Of a stretch of 64,000 bases of DNA, positions 49,459 to 59,148 are shown in pieces. Made by a program: the position numbers and the translations under genes. The stretch's first letter is position 1. The number at the start of each line of letters is the position of its first letter. The notes below the pieces were generated by a model that was given only the letters and a program-made list of their open reading frames with translations, was not told where the DNA came from and searched no databases. Origin of the DNA: Sulfuricurvum sp. (GTDB lineage: Bacteria > Campylobacterota > Campylobacteria > Campylobacterales > Sulfurimonadaceae). The stretch is taken from NCBI GenBank assembly GCA_024637215.1, contig JAGXFM010000030.1, forward strand, positions 831 to 64,830. Direction: 5' to 3'.

Positions 49459-49529
49459 GAATGGGATGTCTGAATCTCTTTATGAGTTTTGGGATATAAT
49501 TTACTCAATTACAACATAGGAGGGATCAG

Positions 49530-49868
49530 ATGGTAGATATTGAAGCACTTAAACATGAAATTGTTGAATGTCTTAAGCCTCTTGATCCTGATAAGATTAT
49601 CTTGTTTGGTTCTTATGCCTATGGCACTCCTACGGAAGATAGTGACATTGATTTGTTTTTAGTCAAAGATGATCTGAAAATAGAAGATGGTAGAGATTAT
49701 AATTTACAAGCAAGAAAACAACTGCGACCTATCATCATGAATTATCATACCAACGGCATTGATGTTTTATCCGCTCCATCGAGTTTTATCAATGCACGTG
49801 AAGATTATTTTTACAAAGTAGACATTCTGCAAAATGGAAAAGTGTTGTATGAACGAAACGTCAGCTAA
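49530..49868 (+). CDS. Minimal nucleotidyltransferase (MNT antitoxin)
   Basis: IILFGSYAYG...DSDIDL and G.VLY motifs; upstream TATAAT at 49495-49500 and AGGAGG RBS. Confidence 0.92.
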   Translation: MVDIEALKHEIVECLKPLDPDKIILFGSYAYGTPTEDSDIDLFLVKDDLKIEDGRDYNLQARKQLRPIIMNYHTNGIDVLSAPSSFINAREDYFYKVDILQNGKVLYERNVS

Positions 49869-50259
49869 AGAGTGGTTAACAAAGGCTTGGCATCACTTAA
49901 GCACGGCTAATTTACTGTATGATCTAAATCACTACAGCGATATTGTTGCCGTTGAAATTCATTATTCTGCTGAGATAACGTTAAAATCGATATTAGCATT
50001 TGAAAACAGTAAAATTGTAAAAATTCACGATTTGATAGAAATATACAAGCTTATAAAACATCGATTAACTCTACCTGAGTCTGATCTCTCTTTTTTAGAC
50101 ATTATAAGTGAATACCATATCCGTGAATCATACCCCTCACCCCATAGAAGACTACCCGCTAAGGAAGAAATCAAATCTATGCTGGAATTCACAAATAACT
50201 TGTTTGCAGAGGTTTGTAGTGTTTTGAACATCTCTATCGAAGAGATAAAAGTTTTGTAA
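49849..50259 (+). CDS. HEPN-domain protein, partner of MNT
   Basis: EWL.KA..L, E..LK..L, K.HDL and Y..ESYP motifs; overlaps the MNT end. Confidence 0.88.
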   Translation: MNETSAKEWLTKAWHHLSTANLLYDLNHYSDIVAVEIHYSAEITLKSILAFENSKIVKIHDLIEIYKLIKHRLTLPESDLSFLDIISEYHIRESYPSPHRRLPAKEEIKSMLEFTNNLFAEVCSVLNISIEEIKVL

Positions 50260-50281
50260 AAAAAGTGAAAAAGGTAACTCT

Positions 50282-51097
50282 ATGATCGAACAATTTATCC
50301 GTGAAGTATTGGACGAAGATGTAGGGCGTGGGGATTTGTATGCGCGGGTTTCTGAAGCGGTGAGTGCCAGTGCGAAGATCATTGCTAAAAGTGACGGGGT
50401 TGTAGCCGGAGAAGCGTATTTGAGTGTATTGGCGGATATCGAAAAGTTCACGATCATATGGCACAAACGTGATAGCGAAACCTTTGTGAAAGGGGAGGTA
50501 TTGATGGAGCTAAGCGGCGATTCGCACACACTCCTTCGGATTGAGCGGACATTTCTCAATATCCTTCTCCATGCCAGTTCGATTGCGACGTTGACACGAG
50601 CGTATGTCGATATCATTGCCCCTTACGGTACCAAACTTCTCGATACTCGAAAAACCCGCCCACTACTGCGTAATTTCGAGAAATATGCGACCCGCATCGG
50701 CGGAGCTACGAACCATCGGATGGGACTGGACGATGCACTGATGCTCAAAGATACCCATCTTAAAACGATTCCAAATCTAGAGCTTTTTATGGAAGAGGCA
50801 CGTGCAAAAATACCGTTTACCGCGAAGATAGAGATTGAAGCTGAGACAATAGAGATGGCGAAGCATGCTATGGAAGTGGGTGCCGACATCGTGATGTGCG
50901 ACAATATGTCTGCCGAAGCGCTGCGTGAAGTAGTTGAATACAAATGGGCACACCATAGCAGTGTATTACTCGAAGCAAGCGGCAACATCACTCTTGAATC
51001 CATCGAGCGTTATGCCCAAACCGGAGTGGATGCGATTAGCACCGGCTCACTTATCCATCAGGCTAATTGGATCGATATGTCAATGAAAATGGATTAA
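50282..51097 (+). CDS. nadC: Quinolinate phosphoribosyltransferase
   Basis: EDVGRGD, LDTRKT, NHRMGLDD..MLKDTH, EIE and EASGNI motifs. Confidence 0.96.
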   Translation: MIEQFIREVLDEDVGRGDLYARVSEAVSASAKIIAKSDGVVAGEAYLSVLADIEKFTIIWHKRDSETFVKGEVLMELSGDSHTLLRIERTFLNILLHASSIATLTRAYVDIIAPYGTKLLDTRKTRPLLRNFEKYATRIGGATNHRMGLDDALMLKDTHLKTIPNLELFMEEARAKIPFTAKIEIEAETIEMAKHAMEVGADIVMCDNMSAEALREVVEYKWAHHSSVLLEASGNITLESIERYAQTGVDAISTGSLIHQANWIDMSMKMD

Positions 51098-51100
51098 TCT

Positions 51101-52168
51101 GTGGCTGACGATCAAGAAAAGACCGAAGAACCCACCGCCAAGAAGATTGAAGATGCTAGGCTAGAGGGGAATGTCCCCAAAAGTCAGGATATTGTCGGGG
51201 TCGTGGTTCTTTTAGTCGCCATTTTGGCGTTGATTATGATGTTTACGTTTATTGCGGATCGGATGCTCGCGCTCTCACGGTACTATTTTTCTCTTATGAA
51301 CCAGCCGCTGGATCGAGAACTGATGTTCGATATAGCGGTGGTGACAATGAGGGAATTCCTCATTATGGCGATTCCCATCTCGGTTGTTGTCGCGATAGCG
51401 GGGGTGTTGGGTACCGTAGGTCAGATCGGGTTTAATTTTACGACCAAGCCGCTAACTCCCAATTTTTCAAAGCTTGATCCGATTAAAGGGTTCGCGAATC
51501 TTTTTACCCTCCAAAAAGCACTGGAATCGGTGAAAATAACCTTTAAATCTCTTACGGCTTTGGGGATAGGATTTCTCTACTTTTGGTATTACGTAGAAGA
51601 GCTTCCGACGGTAGCATTGTTCAATCTTCGAGATCAAATGCTCTGGTTGAGGGATAAAGCAATCGTGTTGGCTTCGGTGATGCTGATTATTATTTTTCTC
51701 TATGCTATCGTCGATCTTTTTTTAGTTCGAAAAAACTATTTTGATAAACTAAAAATGTCGATTCAAGAGATTAAAGACGAGATGAAAAATATGGAGGGGG
51801 ATCCTCATATTAAAGCTAAAATCCGTCAAATTCAGATGCAAGCGGCCAAAAAGCGGATGATGTCGGCGGTTCCGACCGCCGATGTTATTATTACCAATCC
51901 TACCCATTATGCGGTAGCCATTGTGTACGATGAAACAAAACATAATGCTCCGGTTGTGGTCGCGAAGGGGGTAGATAATATGGCGATACAGATTAAAAAA
52001 ATAGGACGCGAGAACGGTATCCATATCGTCCAAAATCCTCCGCTCGCCCGCTCACTGTATAAAGAGGTTGAAGTGGATCGTCCGATCCCCGATATGCTGT
52101 TTGCCGCGGTTGCGGAAGTATTGGCGTATGTTTATAAAATGGGCAAGAAACAAAAAGGGGGTCGGTAA
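51101..52168 (+). CDS. flhB: Flagellar export apparatus protein FlhB
   Basis: EKTEEPT, EGDPHIK, ITNPTHYAVA (autocleavage site) and PPLARSLY motifs. Confidence 0.96.
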   Translation: MADDQEKTEEPTAKKIEDARLEGNVPKSQDIVGVVVLLVAILALIMMFTFIADRMLALSRYYFSLMNQPLDRELMFDIAVVTMREFLIMAIPISVVVAIAGVLGTVGQIGFNFTTKPLTPNFSKLDPIKGFANLFTLQKALESVKITFKSLTALGIGFLYFWYYVEELPTVALFNLRDQMLWLRDKAIVLASVMLIIIFLYAIVDLFLVRKNYFDKLKMSIQEIKDEMKNMEGDPHIKAKIRQIQMQAAKKRMMSAVPTADVIITNPTHYAVAIVYDETKHNAPVVVAKGVDNMAIQIKKIGRENGIHIVQNPPLARSLYKEVEVDRPIPDMLFAAVAEVLAYVYKMGKKQKGGR

Positions 52169-53295
52169 TGGATCGCTGGCTGAACTTTTTTTCCGATAAG
52201 AAAACGATTGCCGGAATATTTTTTCTTATCATGATTCTCCTCGGCGGCATCATGTTGTATTTGGAACAAAAGGTAACCTCACAAACCCTCGGACGTCTCA
52301 GCGATCAACTCTCATTGGCACTTAATAATCAACTTGAAAAAGAGCGTTCGACGGCATTGCGCTATGCGTTGATTCTAGGGCAAAACACCTCTCTTAGTGA
52401 TGCACTGGAGCAAGAAAATGAAGATAAAGGTTTCGAGATCCTTTCCGAAGTGATGGAATCGATCAAGCTTCATACCGACTCGTTGATACGCTCGCAGGTT
52501 ATTACTGCTGATTATGTTATTTTTGCACGGAGCTGGGATAATTCGTATGCAGGGATGCCTCTGGATTTTCACCGCCCCGACCTTCTCTATTTTCAAACCC
52601 ATAAAAATCCCCGATCCGCTATCGAAGTAGGGCGAAAAATCGGGATTAAAGCAACGGTTCCGGTCTATCACAGCGAAAAGATGATCGGATTTGTGGAAGT
52701 GGTCTCGTTTTTCGAATCGACCCAAGAGTATTTTGATCGTTTGGGGATTGATTTATACATTCTGATGGAGGAACGATTTTATGAAACGGCGGTATTTATG
52801 CAAGAAAATCCTGCTATCGGAAAAGAGTATATTTTAGCGAATCCAAAATATACGAAAAGTGATTTAAAACTTTTAAACGAGATTGATTTTAAAGCGCTGA
52901 AGACAACCCGCGTTATTTTCAGCGGAGGGCGTTATCTGTTTTATGAACCGATGAAAAACGGTGAAGAGGAGAATATCGGGGCTTTTGTTTTTTCACTTTC
53001 ACCGAAGCAAATCAGTACGTATGCCCATTCGGATGAAGAGGATATATCCTTTTTGATCCATCTCTCCCGTAATGAGCTTTATGATGTTATGGTGAAAAAA
53101 TCGTTAGACAATGCACAGTTCCAAAGTGTGTACGATAAAGAGCTGTTGTATCTCAAAGATACGGTTCCTCCAGAAGATAGGGAACTCTATTTACAAGAAG
53201 CACGTGAACGGCTGAATGAGTATTCTAAAGAAGAATTGATAGGGATTATGCTCGATTATAAAGTAACCAAAGAGATCAAAGGGGAGATCAGGTGA
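52168..53295 (+). CDS. Membrane-anchored Cache-like sensor protein without output domain
   Basis: One N-terminal TM segment, FARSW, IEVGR..IKATVPV..IGFVEV; no second TM segment or catalytic domain seen. Confidence 0.6.
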   Translation: MDRWLNFFSDKKTIAGIFFLIMILLGGIMLYLEQKVTSQTLGRLSDQLSLALNNQLEKERSTALRYALILGQNTSLSDALEQENEDKGFEILSEVMESIKLHTDSLIRSQVITADYVIFARSWDNSYAGMPLDFHRPDLLYFQTHKNPRSAIEVGRKIGIKATVPVYHSEKMIGFVEVVSFFESTQEYFDRLGIDLYILMEERFYETAVFMQENPAIGKEYILANPKYTKSDLKLLNEIDFKALKTTRVIFSGGRYLFYEPMKNGEEENIGAFVFSLSPKQISTYAHSDEEDISFLIHLSRNELYDVMVKKSLDNAQFQSVYDKELLYLKDTVPPEDRELYLQEARERLNEYSKEELIGIMLDYKVTKEIKGEIR

Positions 53296-53945
53296 AAGTA
53301 CTATTACTCGAAGATGAATACATGCTGCGTGTCAGTATTACCGAATTTTTAGAAGAACTTGGGCTGGAGGTGGTCGGTTTTAGTAACGGAGAGAAGGCAT
53401 TCGACGCGATTTATGAAACCCATTTTGATCTTTATCTCCTTGATGTGAATGTTCCTGGGATGAACGGGTTTGATTTGCTTCGCACGTTGCGTAAAGAGGG
53501 AAATAAGACACCGGCTATTTTTCTCACCTCTATGGTCAATATTACGGATTTGCAAGAGGGGTATAAATCAGGGTGTTGTGATTATATCCGTAAACCTTTT
53601 GATCTGACCGAATTACAGGTACGAATCATGCAGGCTCTAAAAAGTTTCTATCATGAGGGGGAAAATCGGATTGATTTCGGAGAAGGGCTGATTTACGATA
53701 CCGAAAACTTTACGTTAATGTATAACGAGCAGAATATCACCCTGAGCAAAACGGAAAAAGAGATTTTTACCGTATTGTTAAAACATACCAATCAAGTGGT
53801 ATCTGTGGAGATGTTCCAAGATGAGATTTGGGGAGAGTATGTTGATCCTGCCAATATACGGGTACAAATTAATAATCTTCGTAAAAAACTCCCTATAGAG
53901 ATTATCCAAAATCGACGCGGATTGGGATACATCATTGAACGATAA
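53292..53945 (+). CDS. OmpR-family response regulator
   Basis: LLLEDE, LLDVNVP, DYIRKPF, LRKKL and RGLGY motifs. Confidence 0.93.
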   Translation: MKVLLLEDEYMLRVSITEFLEELGLEVVGFSNGEKAFDAIYETHFDLYLLDVNVPGMNGFDLLRTLRKEGNKTPAIFLTSMVNITDLQEGYKSGCCDYIRKPFDLTELQVRIMQALKSFYHEGENRIDFGEGLIYDTENFTLMYNEQNITLSKTEKEIFTVLLKHTNQVVSVEMFQDEIWGEYVDPANIRVQINNLRKKLPIEIIQNRRGLGYIIER

Positions 53946-55101
53946 TCGCTACGCCCTTAAAAATGCGTTTTTTTATACGATGTTGGTCGCGGTATTGTTA
54001 TTATTACCGACGTACCTGTATGTTACTTACATGAAATACGTGTATGAAATACAGTACGAGTTTAAACTCAAACGTCAATCGCATTTGATTATTCGTGCTA
54101 TGGAGGAATTCGATCCCAAAGAGAAACAAGCCTTCGATTATCCACGATTCCGTTCGTTTGAATCGGGATTGTATGATGTCCATTTTGAACCTCTCTTTAG
54201 TGTGATTGAATGGCCGCTTAGGGTTCAAAAAACAGGGTACCATATCCAAGACTCGTATGCGTATTTAATCGTAGCTCTTCCGGAAGAGCGCTATTTCGGT
54301 GCATCCTATCTGGTGGTTGGGGGAGAGATATCGTACGCACGGATTTATCAGGATGTTATTATGATTCTCATCGCGATAACGGCATTGATTTTTGTCCTCT
54401 CTCTTTTCTTTTTAGATCGCTTTGCCCTGCCGTTTCAGAGAATGAATAAACGGTTGGATCAATTTATCAAAGATTCGATGCATGAGATCAATACACCACT
54501 TTCCATTATTAATGTTAATATCGATCTTTATAACCGTTCCAATCCTACGAATAAGTATCTTCAGAGGATCAAAGCAGCCACCAAAACATTGGCAACACTG
54601 TACAACGATATGGATTACTTGATTAAAAATGAACGGCTCTCTTTCGAATATGAGGCTATCGATCTTAGTCACTATCTGCAAGAGAGGATCGATTATTTTC
54701 ATGAAGTGGCCGCATTGAAAAATATTACCCTTATCCCCCGTATCGATGAGAAGGTGAACCTCACTTTTAATCCGACACAGTTGCAGCGCATTATTGATAA
54801 TAACCTCTCCAATGCGATCAAATATTCCCATGAGGGGGGAGAGATTGAAGTGATTTTGGAAAGGTATGAGGAGCGGTGTATTCTCCATTTTCGAGATAAC
54901 GGAGTCGGGATCGAGGACGTTAATCGTATTTTTGAACGTTATTACCGTGAGAATCGTGACAAGGGGGGGTTCGGAATCGGTCTTAATATCGTCAAAACGA
55001 TTATCGATAGAGCAGGTATCGACCTCTCTATTGATTCTATTTACGGACAGGGGAGTACCTTTTCGTATACTTTTTCTCCTCCCATTTACCATAACGGGTA
55101 A
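53935..55101 (+). CDS. Sensor histidine kinase
   Basis: Two TM segments, MHEINTPL, NNLSNAIKYS, DNGVGI and GGFGIGL motifs. Confidence 0.92.
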   Translation: MNDNRYALKNAFFYTMLVAVLLLLPTYLYVTYMKYVYEIQYEFKLKRQSHLIIRAMEEFDPKEKQAFDYPRFRSFESGLYDVHFEPLFSVIEWPLRVQKTGYHIQDSYAYLIVALPEERYFGASYLVVGGEISYARIYQDVIMILIAITALIFVLSLFFLDRFALPFQRMNKRLDQFIKDSMHEINTPLSIINVNIDLYNRSNPTNKYLQRIKAATKTLATLYNDMDYLIKNERLSFEYEAIDLSHYLQERIDYFHEVAALKNITLIPRIDEKVNLTFNPTQLQRIIDNNLSNAIKYSHEGGEIEVILERYEERCILHFRDNGVGIEDVNRIFERYYRENRDKGGFGIGLNIVKTIIDRAGIDLSIDSIYGQGSTFSYTFSPPIYHNG

Positions 55102-55102
55102 A

Positions 55103-55145
55103 TTTTGATTTTTTTTACATAAATTTTACATTCCTCACCTACAAT
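55103..55145 (+). promoter_or_regulatory. Putative sox promoter with tandem direct-repeat regulator box
   Basis: TTTTACAT at 55113 and 55124 (11-bp period), weaker TTTTGATT at 55103, TACAAT -10 at 55140-55145. Confidence 0.5.
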
Positions 55146-55175
55146 GTTCAACGAAATACAGAAATAGGAGAGCCA

Positions 55176-55697
55176 ATGCGAAAAGTGATTATGCTCGGAC
55201 TTGCTACTTTTTTAAGTGCAGCCGATTTATCGCAGGTGATTGAAACCCCGGATGCGACGGCAATTTTGAAAAAAGATGCCCTCCCTGTCGCGAAAGCGTA
55301 TACGATGCCGGAAGGTTGTGTTACTAATGATCCCGCAGCTATCGCTCGCGGAAACTACATTTTCCATAATCTTAACGGAAAAGATGCAAAAGAAAATCCT
55401 CCTGAGGGGTTGACGCGACTTCTTCCTAACGGAAAAGAGAAACAAATGGGGAACTGTGTTGCCTGTCACAATATCGAAGGGGCAAAAGGGTACGGTAATA
55501 TCGGACCGGATTTGACCAAATACAAAGAACTTTATATGGATAGCGGCGTTCGTAATGCTCAGTTTATGTATCAAAAAATCGCAGATCCACGATTGGATAA
55601 TCCAAAATCGGCGATGACGGTTAATCTGGCTAACGGCCTTATGAATGAGCGTGAAGTGTGTGATTTGGTATCGTACATCACAGCGGTCAAAAAATAA
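55176..55697 (+). CDS. soxX: Sulfur oxidation c-type cytochrome SoxX
   Basis: GNCVACH and GNIGPDL motifs; first gene of the cluster. Confidence 0.92.
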   Translation: MRKVIMLGLATFLSAADLSQVIETPDATAILKKDALPVAKAYTMPEGCVTNDPAAIARGNYIFHNLNGKDAKENPPEGLTRLLPNGKEKQMGNCVACHNIEGAKGYGNIGPDLTKYKELYMDSGVRNAQFMYQKIADPRLDNPKSAMTVNLANGLMNEREVCDLVSYITAVKK

Positions 55698-55713
55698 ATA
55701 CAAGGAGTAATAA

Positions 55714-56184
55714 ATGGAAAGAAGATCATTTTTAAAAGGTTTTGGAGCGGCTGCGGCCTGTGCGATTGCATTACCACATGTGGCCAGTGCCGCAGAAGAG
55801 AAAAAATCAGCCAGTCCAATGGCAATGAATTTTGAGACGGCGGTAGCGGCGATTACCGGCGGTAAAGCGTTAACTCCATCCGCAAAAGTAAAAATGGAGG
55901 CTCCTGAAATCGCTGAAAACGGTGCGGTTGTTCCGGTAAAAGTAACGGTAGAGAGCCCTATGAGTGATAAAGATTACGTCAAAGCGATCCATATTCTTGC
56001 GTCTAAAAATGGAAATGTACGTTGTGCGAATATCTATTTGACCCCTGCTAACGGGGAAGCCTTTTTTGGTACCCGTATAAAACTTGGCGGAACACAAGAT
56101 GTTGTAGCAATCGCAGAAATGAGTGATGGAACGTTCCTTACCGCAAAACAAAACGTTAAAGTTACCATCGGCGGATGTGGTTGA
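55714..56184 (+). CDS. soxY: Thiosulfate carrier SoxY
   Basis: Tat signal RRSFLK, APEIAENGAVVPV and C-terminal VKVTIGGCG. Confidence 0.96.
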   Translation: MERRSFLKGFGAAAACAIALPHVASAAEEKKSASPMAMNFETAVAAITGGKALTPSAKVKMEAPEIAENGAVVPVKVTVESPMSDKDYVKAIHILASKNGNVRCANIYLTPANGEAFFGTRIKLGGTQDVVAIAEMSDGTFLTAKQNVKVTIGGCG

Positions 56185-56228
56185 TTCCGTTTTTAATCGA
56201 GAAAGAAAATATCTAAAGGAAACATATT

Positions 56229-56555
56229 ATGAAAACACTGATTAAAATTAAACCGAAAACATACGCGGCAGGCGATATCGTTAAAATCGATTTTATGGCG
56301 ATGCACCCGATGGAAACTGGGATGCGTAAAAACAAAGATACCGGAGCATTGATTCCGGCGGAATATATCGATGAAGTTAAATTTTTGTTTAACGATACAT
56401 TGGTGACAAAAATGGTCATTTGGGAATCACTTTCTGTTAATCCTCTTATGAGTATTAGCTTTAAAGTACCGGGTGCGGGAACCCTCAAAGTAATTGCCAA
56501 AGATAACAAAGGGCAAAGCGTCGAGAGTACGACACAAATTACTCCAAAAGGATAA
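56229..56555 (+). CDS. soxZ: Thiosulfate carrier partner SoxZ
   Basis: HPMETGMRK..G..IPA and S.NP motifs. Confidence 0.95.
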   Translation: MKTLIKIKPKTYAAGDIVKIDFMAMHPMETGMRKNKDTGALIPAEYIDEVKFLFNDTLVTKMVIWESLSVNPLMSISFKVPGAGTLKVIAKDNKGQSVESTTQITPKG

Positions 56556-56558
56556 ACC

Positions 56559-57332
56559 ATGCGATCATTATCAATCACGGCTGCATTGGTGTGTTTGGCA
56601 CTTTTGAATTCAGCTTTTGCAGAAGAAAAACTCAGCATGTCGGATGCGGATAAAGCGATGTATGCAGAGCTTCTTGATAACAATCCAGCAGAGATGGATG
56701 TGGCTGAGGGGGAGCAACTCTTCGGTGAACTTATCGGAACTGCAGGTTATGCCAAAATGTTGGGTGTTAAAGAGAAAGATCTTCCAAAATACATTGCAGG
56801 TTTTCCTCGCTACGTAGAACCGGCGAAAAAAGTAGTGACGTTGGCGCAAACCATTCAAATGGCGGCGGCAGCTAGTGAAAAACCGGTTCCAAAGCTTGAG
56901 AGCAAAGAGATGGTTAAGATGTCTGCGTATGTCAAATCAATCGCAAACGGACAAAAAACCTCTATTGATGTTAAAGCAAACAAACACATGGTAGAGATGA
57001 TGAAACTCGGACAAGAGGTATTTGAAGAGCGACGCGGCGGTCGCGGACTATCATGTAACAACTGTCACAGTATGGATATTGTCGGTCAACGCCTTCGTAT
57101 GCAACCGCTACCGGATTTAGGGGCTAAAGAGACAGCGGCGGCAGGAACATGGCCGGCATACCGTATGACCCAGAGCCAAATGGTAACGTTGGACAAACGG
57201 ATGCAACAATGTATGAAAAATGCTTTGCTTGCGGAAATTCCACTCGGCTCGAAAGAGATTGTTGCACTAGAAGTATACGTTACGAATAAAACCAAAGGGA
57301 ATGCGATCAGTGTCCCTAGTGTGAAACGTTAA
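56559..57332 (+). CDS. soxA: Monoheme SoxA cytochrome
   Basis: NPAE, FPRY, SCNNCH, WPAYR and RMQQCM motifs. Confidence 0.94.
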   Translation: MRSLSITAALVCLALLNSAFAEEKLSMSDADKAMYAELLDNNPAEMDVAEGEQLFGELIGTAGYAKMLGVKEKDLPKYIAGFPRYVEPAKKVVTLAQTIQMAAAASEKPVPKLESKEMVKMSAYVKSIANGQKTSIDVKANKHMVEMMKLGQEVFEERRGGRGLSCNNCHSMDIVGQRLRMQPLPDLGAKETAAAGTWPAYRMTQSQMVTLDKRMQQCMKNALLAEIPLGSKEIVALEVYVTNKTKGNAISVPSVKR

Positions 57333-57342
57333 GGATTAGATT

Positions 57343-59109
57343 ATGGATTTATCACGAAGAGATTTTTTCCATATCGCGGCTGCATTAGGGATCGGATTAC
57401 CCTCGGTAGCCTCTGCCGCATCGGCTCCTAAACGGATCGATGAGGTGGGATTAAAAGATATTTACGGATTCAATGCCAAGGGAAATGTGACGATTCTGCA
57501 TATCTGTGATATGCATGCCCACATCAAACCGCTTTACTGGCGAGAGCCGTCGACGCTGATCTCAGCGCCGAATCTCACCGGAACTCCGGGTTTTTTATGC
57601 GGTGAATCGTTTTTGAAACATTACGGTATGAAGGGTAAAACGCTTGATGCCTATTTCGATACGTTCATGAATTTTGATGCCTTAGCGCACAAATTCGGGA
57701 AAATGGGGGGGATTTCACACATGAAAACCCTTATTAACCATATCAAAAAAGAGCGCGGAGCGGAGAATGTGATGCTTCTCGACTCCGGCGATACCTGGCA
57801 AGGGACGGGCGTTGCGCTCAAAACCGGCGGTGAAGCGATTGTAAAAGCGCAAAACTATCTTGGTGTGGACGTGATGGTCGGTCACTGGGAATTTACCTAT
57901 GGTAAAACACGGGTCAAAGAGCTGATTGAGATGCTTAATGCAAAATTTGTCTCTCAAAACGTCGTCGGGGATGATTCATTCGCTGATGATTTCGAAGAGC
58001 TTATTTTTGAACCGTACACCATTATGGAGCGCGGCGGTGCGAAGATCGGTATTATCGGTCAATCGTTTCCGTTTACCTCTACTGCAAACCCGAAAGAGTT
58101 TACCCAGGGGTGGAGTTTCGGGTTACGTCTCGATACTCTCCAAACGTATGTTGATAAACTGCGTAAAGAGGAAAAAGTGGACTGTGTCGTTGTCCTTTCG
58201 CATGACGGTTTCAGCGTTGACCAAGAGGTTGCCCGTCAGGTTAAAGGGATTGACTTTATCCTAAGTGGACATACCCATGATCCATCTCCACGTCCGACCG
58301 TAATTAACGGTACGGTAATCGTGATCGCGGGAAGCCACGGTAAATACGTAGGACGTTTGGATATCGATATCCAAAACCATAAGGTTAAAGGGTATGAGTA
58401 TAAACTAATTCCTGTAGCCTCCAATCTGATCCCTGCCGATCCTGAGGGGGAAGCGTTGGTCAAAGAGTTGTATTCACCGTACGATTCCGAACTCTCCGAA
58501 GTATTGGGAATCACCAAATCGACGTTGTTTAAACGCGATACGTTCCACTCGACATTTGATCAACTGATTAACGATTCGATTATCGATGCGATGGATTCAG
58601 ACATCTCGTTTACTCCGGGATACCGTTGGGGGACTACAGTTCTCGGCGGTGATTCGATTACGATGGACGATGTCTACGATATGACGGCGATCACCTATCC
58701 GAATGTGTATACCTTTGAACTTACGGGTCTTCATATCCGTACGTTACTCGAAGACATTGCGGATAACGTGTTTAACACCAACCCGCTCTATCAACAAGGG
58801 GGCGACATGAGCCGCTTGGGCGGAGTAACGTATGAAATTCGTGTCGGTGCTGTAACCGGCAAGCGGATTACGAATATCATGGTAGGGGGCAAACCTCTCA
58901 ATGACACTAAAGTGTACAAAGTTTCTTCATGGGGCGGCAATCTGCAAAATGCGGGTAGCAACCTTAAAGATTCATTGACACGTCCGGTATACGATGTGAC
59001 AGCGGCGTATATCCGTCGTCAGAAAAATGTCAACATCAGCGGAAACAGTAATGTTCGTTTGATGGATTATGATTGCGGATGTCCGAAAAAAGGTGCACGC
59101 GGGTGCTAA
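57343..59109 (+). CDS. soxB: Thiosulfohydrolase SoxB
   Basis: Tat SRRDF, DMHAH, REPS, DSGDTWQG, GHWEFT, GHTHD and YQQGGDM motifs. Confidence 0.96.
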   Translation: MDLSRRDFFHIAAALGIGLPSVASAASAPKRIDEVGLKDIYGFNAKGNVTILHICDMHAHIKPLYWREPSTLISAPNLTGTPGFLCGESFLKHYGMKGKTLDAYFDTFMNFDALAHKFGKMGGISHMKTLINHIKKERGAENVMLLDSGDTWQGTGVALKTGGEAIVKAQNYLGVDVMVGHWEFTYGKTRVKELIEMLNAKFVSQNVVGDDSFADDFEELIFEPYTIMERGGAKIGIIGQSFPFTSTANPKEFTQGWSFGLRLDTLQTYVDKLRKEEKVDCVVVLSHDGFSVDQEVARQVKGIDFILSGHTHDPSPRPTVINGTVIVIAGSHGKYVGRLDIDIQNHKVKGYEYKLIPVASNLIPADPEGEALVKELYSPYDSELSEVLGITKSTLFKRDTFHSTFDQLINDSIIDAMDSDISFTPGYRWGTTVLGGDSITMDDVYDMTAITYPNVYTFELTGLHIRTLLEDIADNVFNTNPLYQQGGDMSRLGGVTYEIRVGAVTGKRITNIMVGGKPLNDTKVYKVSSWGGNLQNAGSNLKDSLTRPVYDVTAAYIRRQKNVNISGNSNVRLMDYDCGCPKKGARGC

Positions 59110-59117
59110 ACACCCGC
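59099..59117 (+). terminator. GC hairpin at the soxB end (terminator or RNA stability element)
   Basis: GCGGGTG-CTAAA-CACCCGC spans the stop codon; weak T-tract. Confidence 0.4.
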
Positions 59118-59148
59118 TTGTAAATCGATTTAACTTAAGGAGTTAGGA

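Noticed and set aside
44963-49460. CRISPR array or complete integron suggested by the repeated hairpins
   Set aside because: The repeats are few, irregularly spaced and separated by whole genes; no cas or intI gene and no full attC structure was seen.
401-54970. Homopolymeric G/C tracts as phase-variation sites (e.g. near 401, 7281, 54963)
   Set aside because: The tracts are only about 7 nt, lie in intact core genes, and no frameshift is evident.
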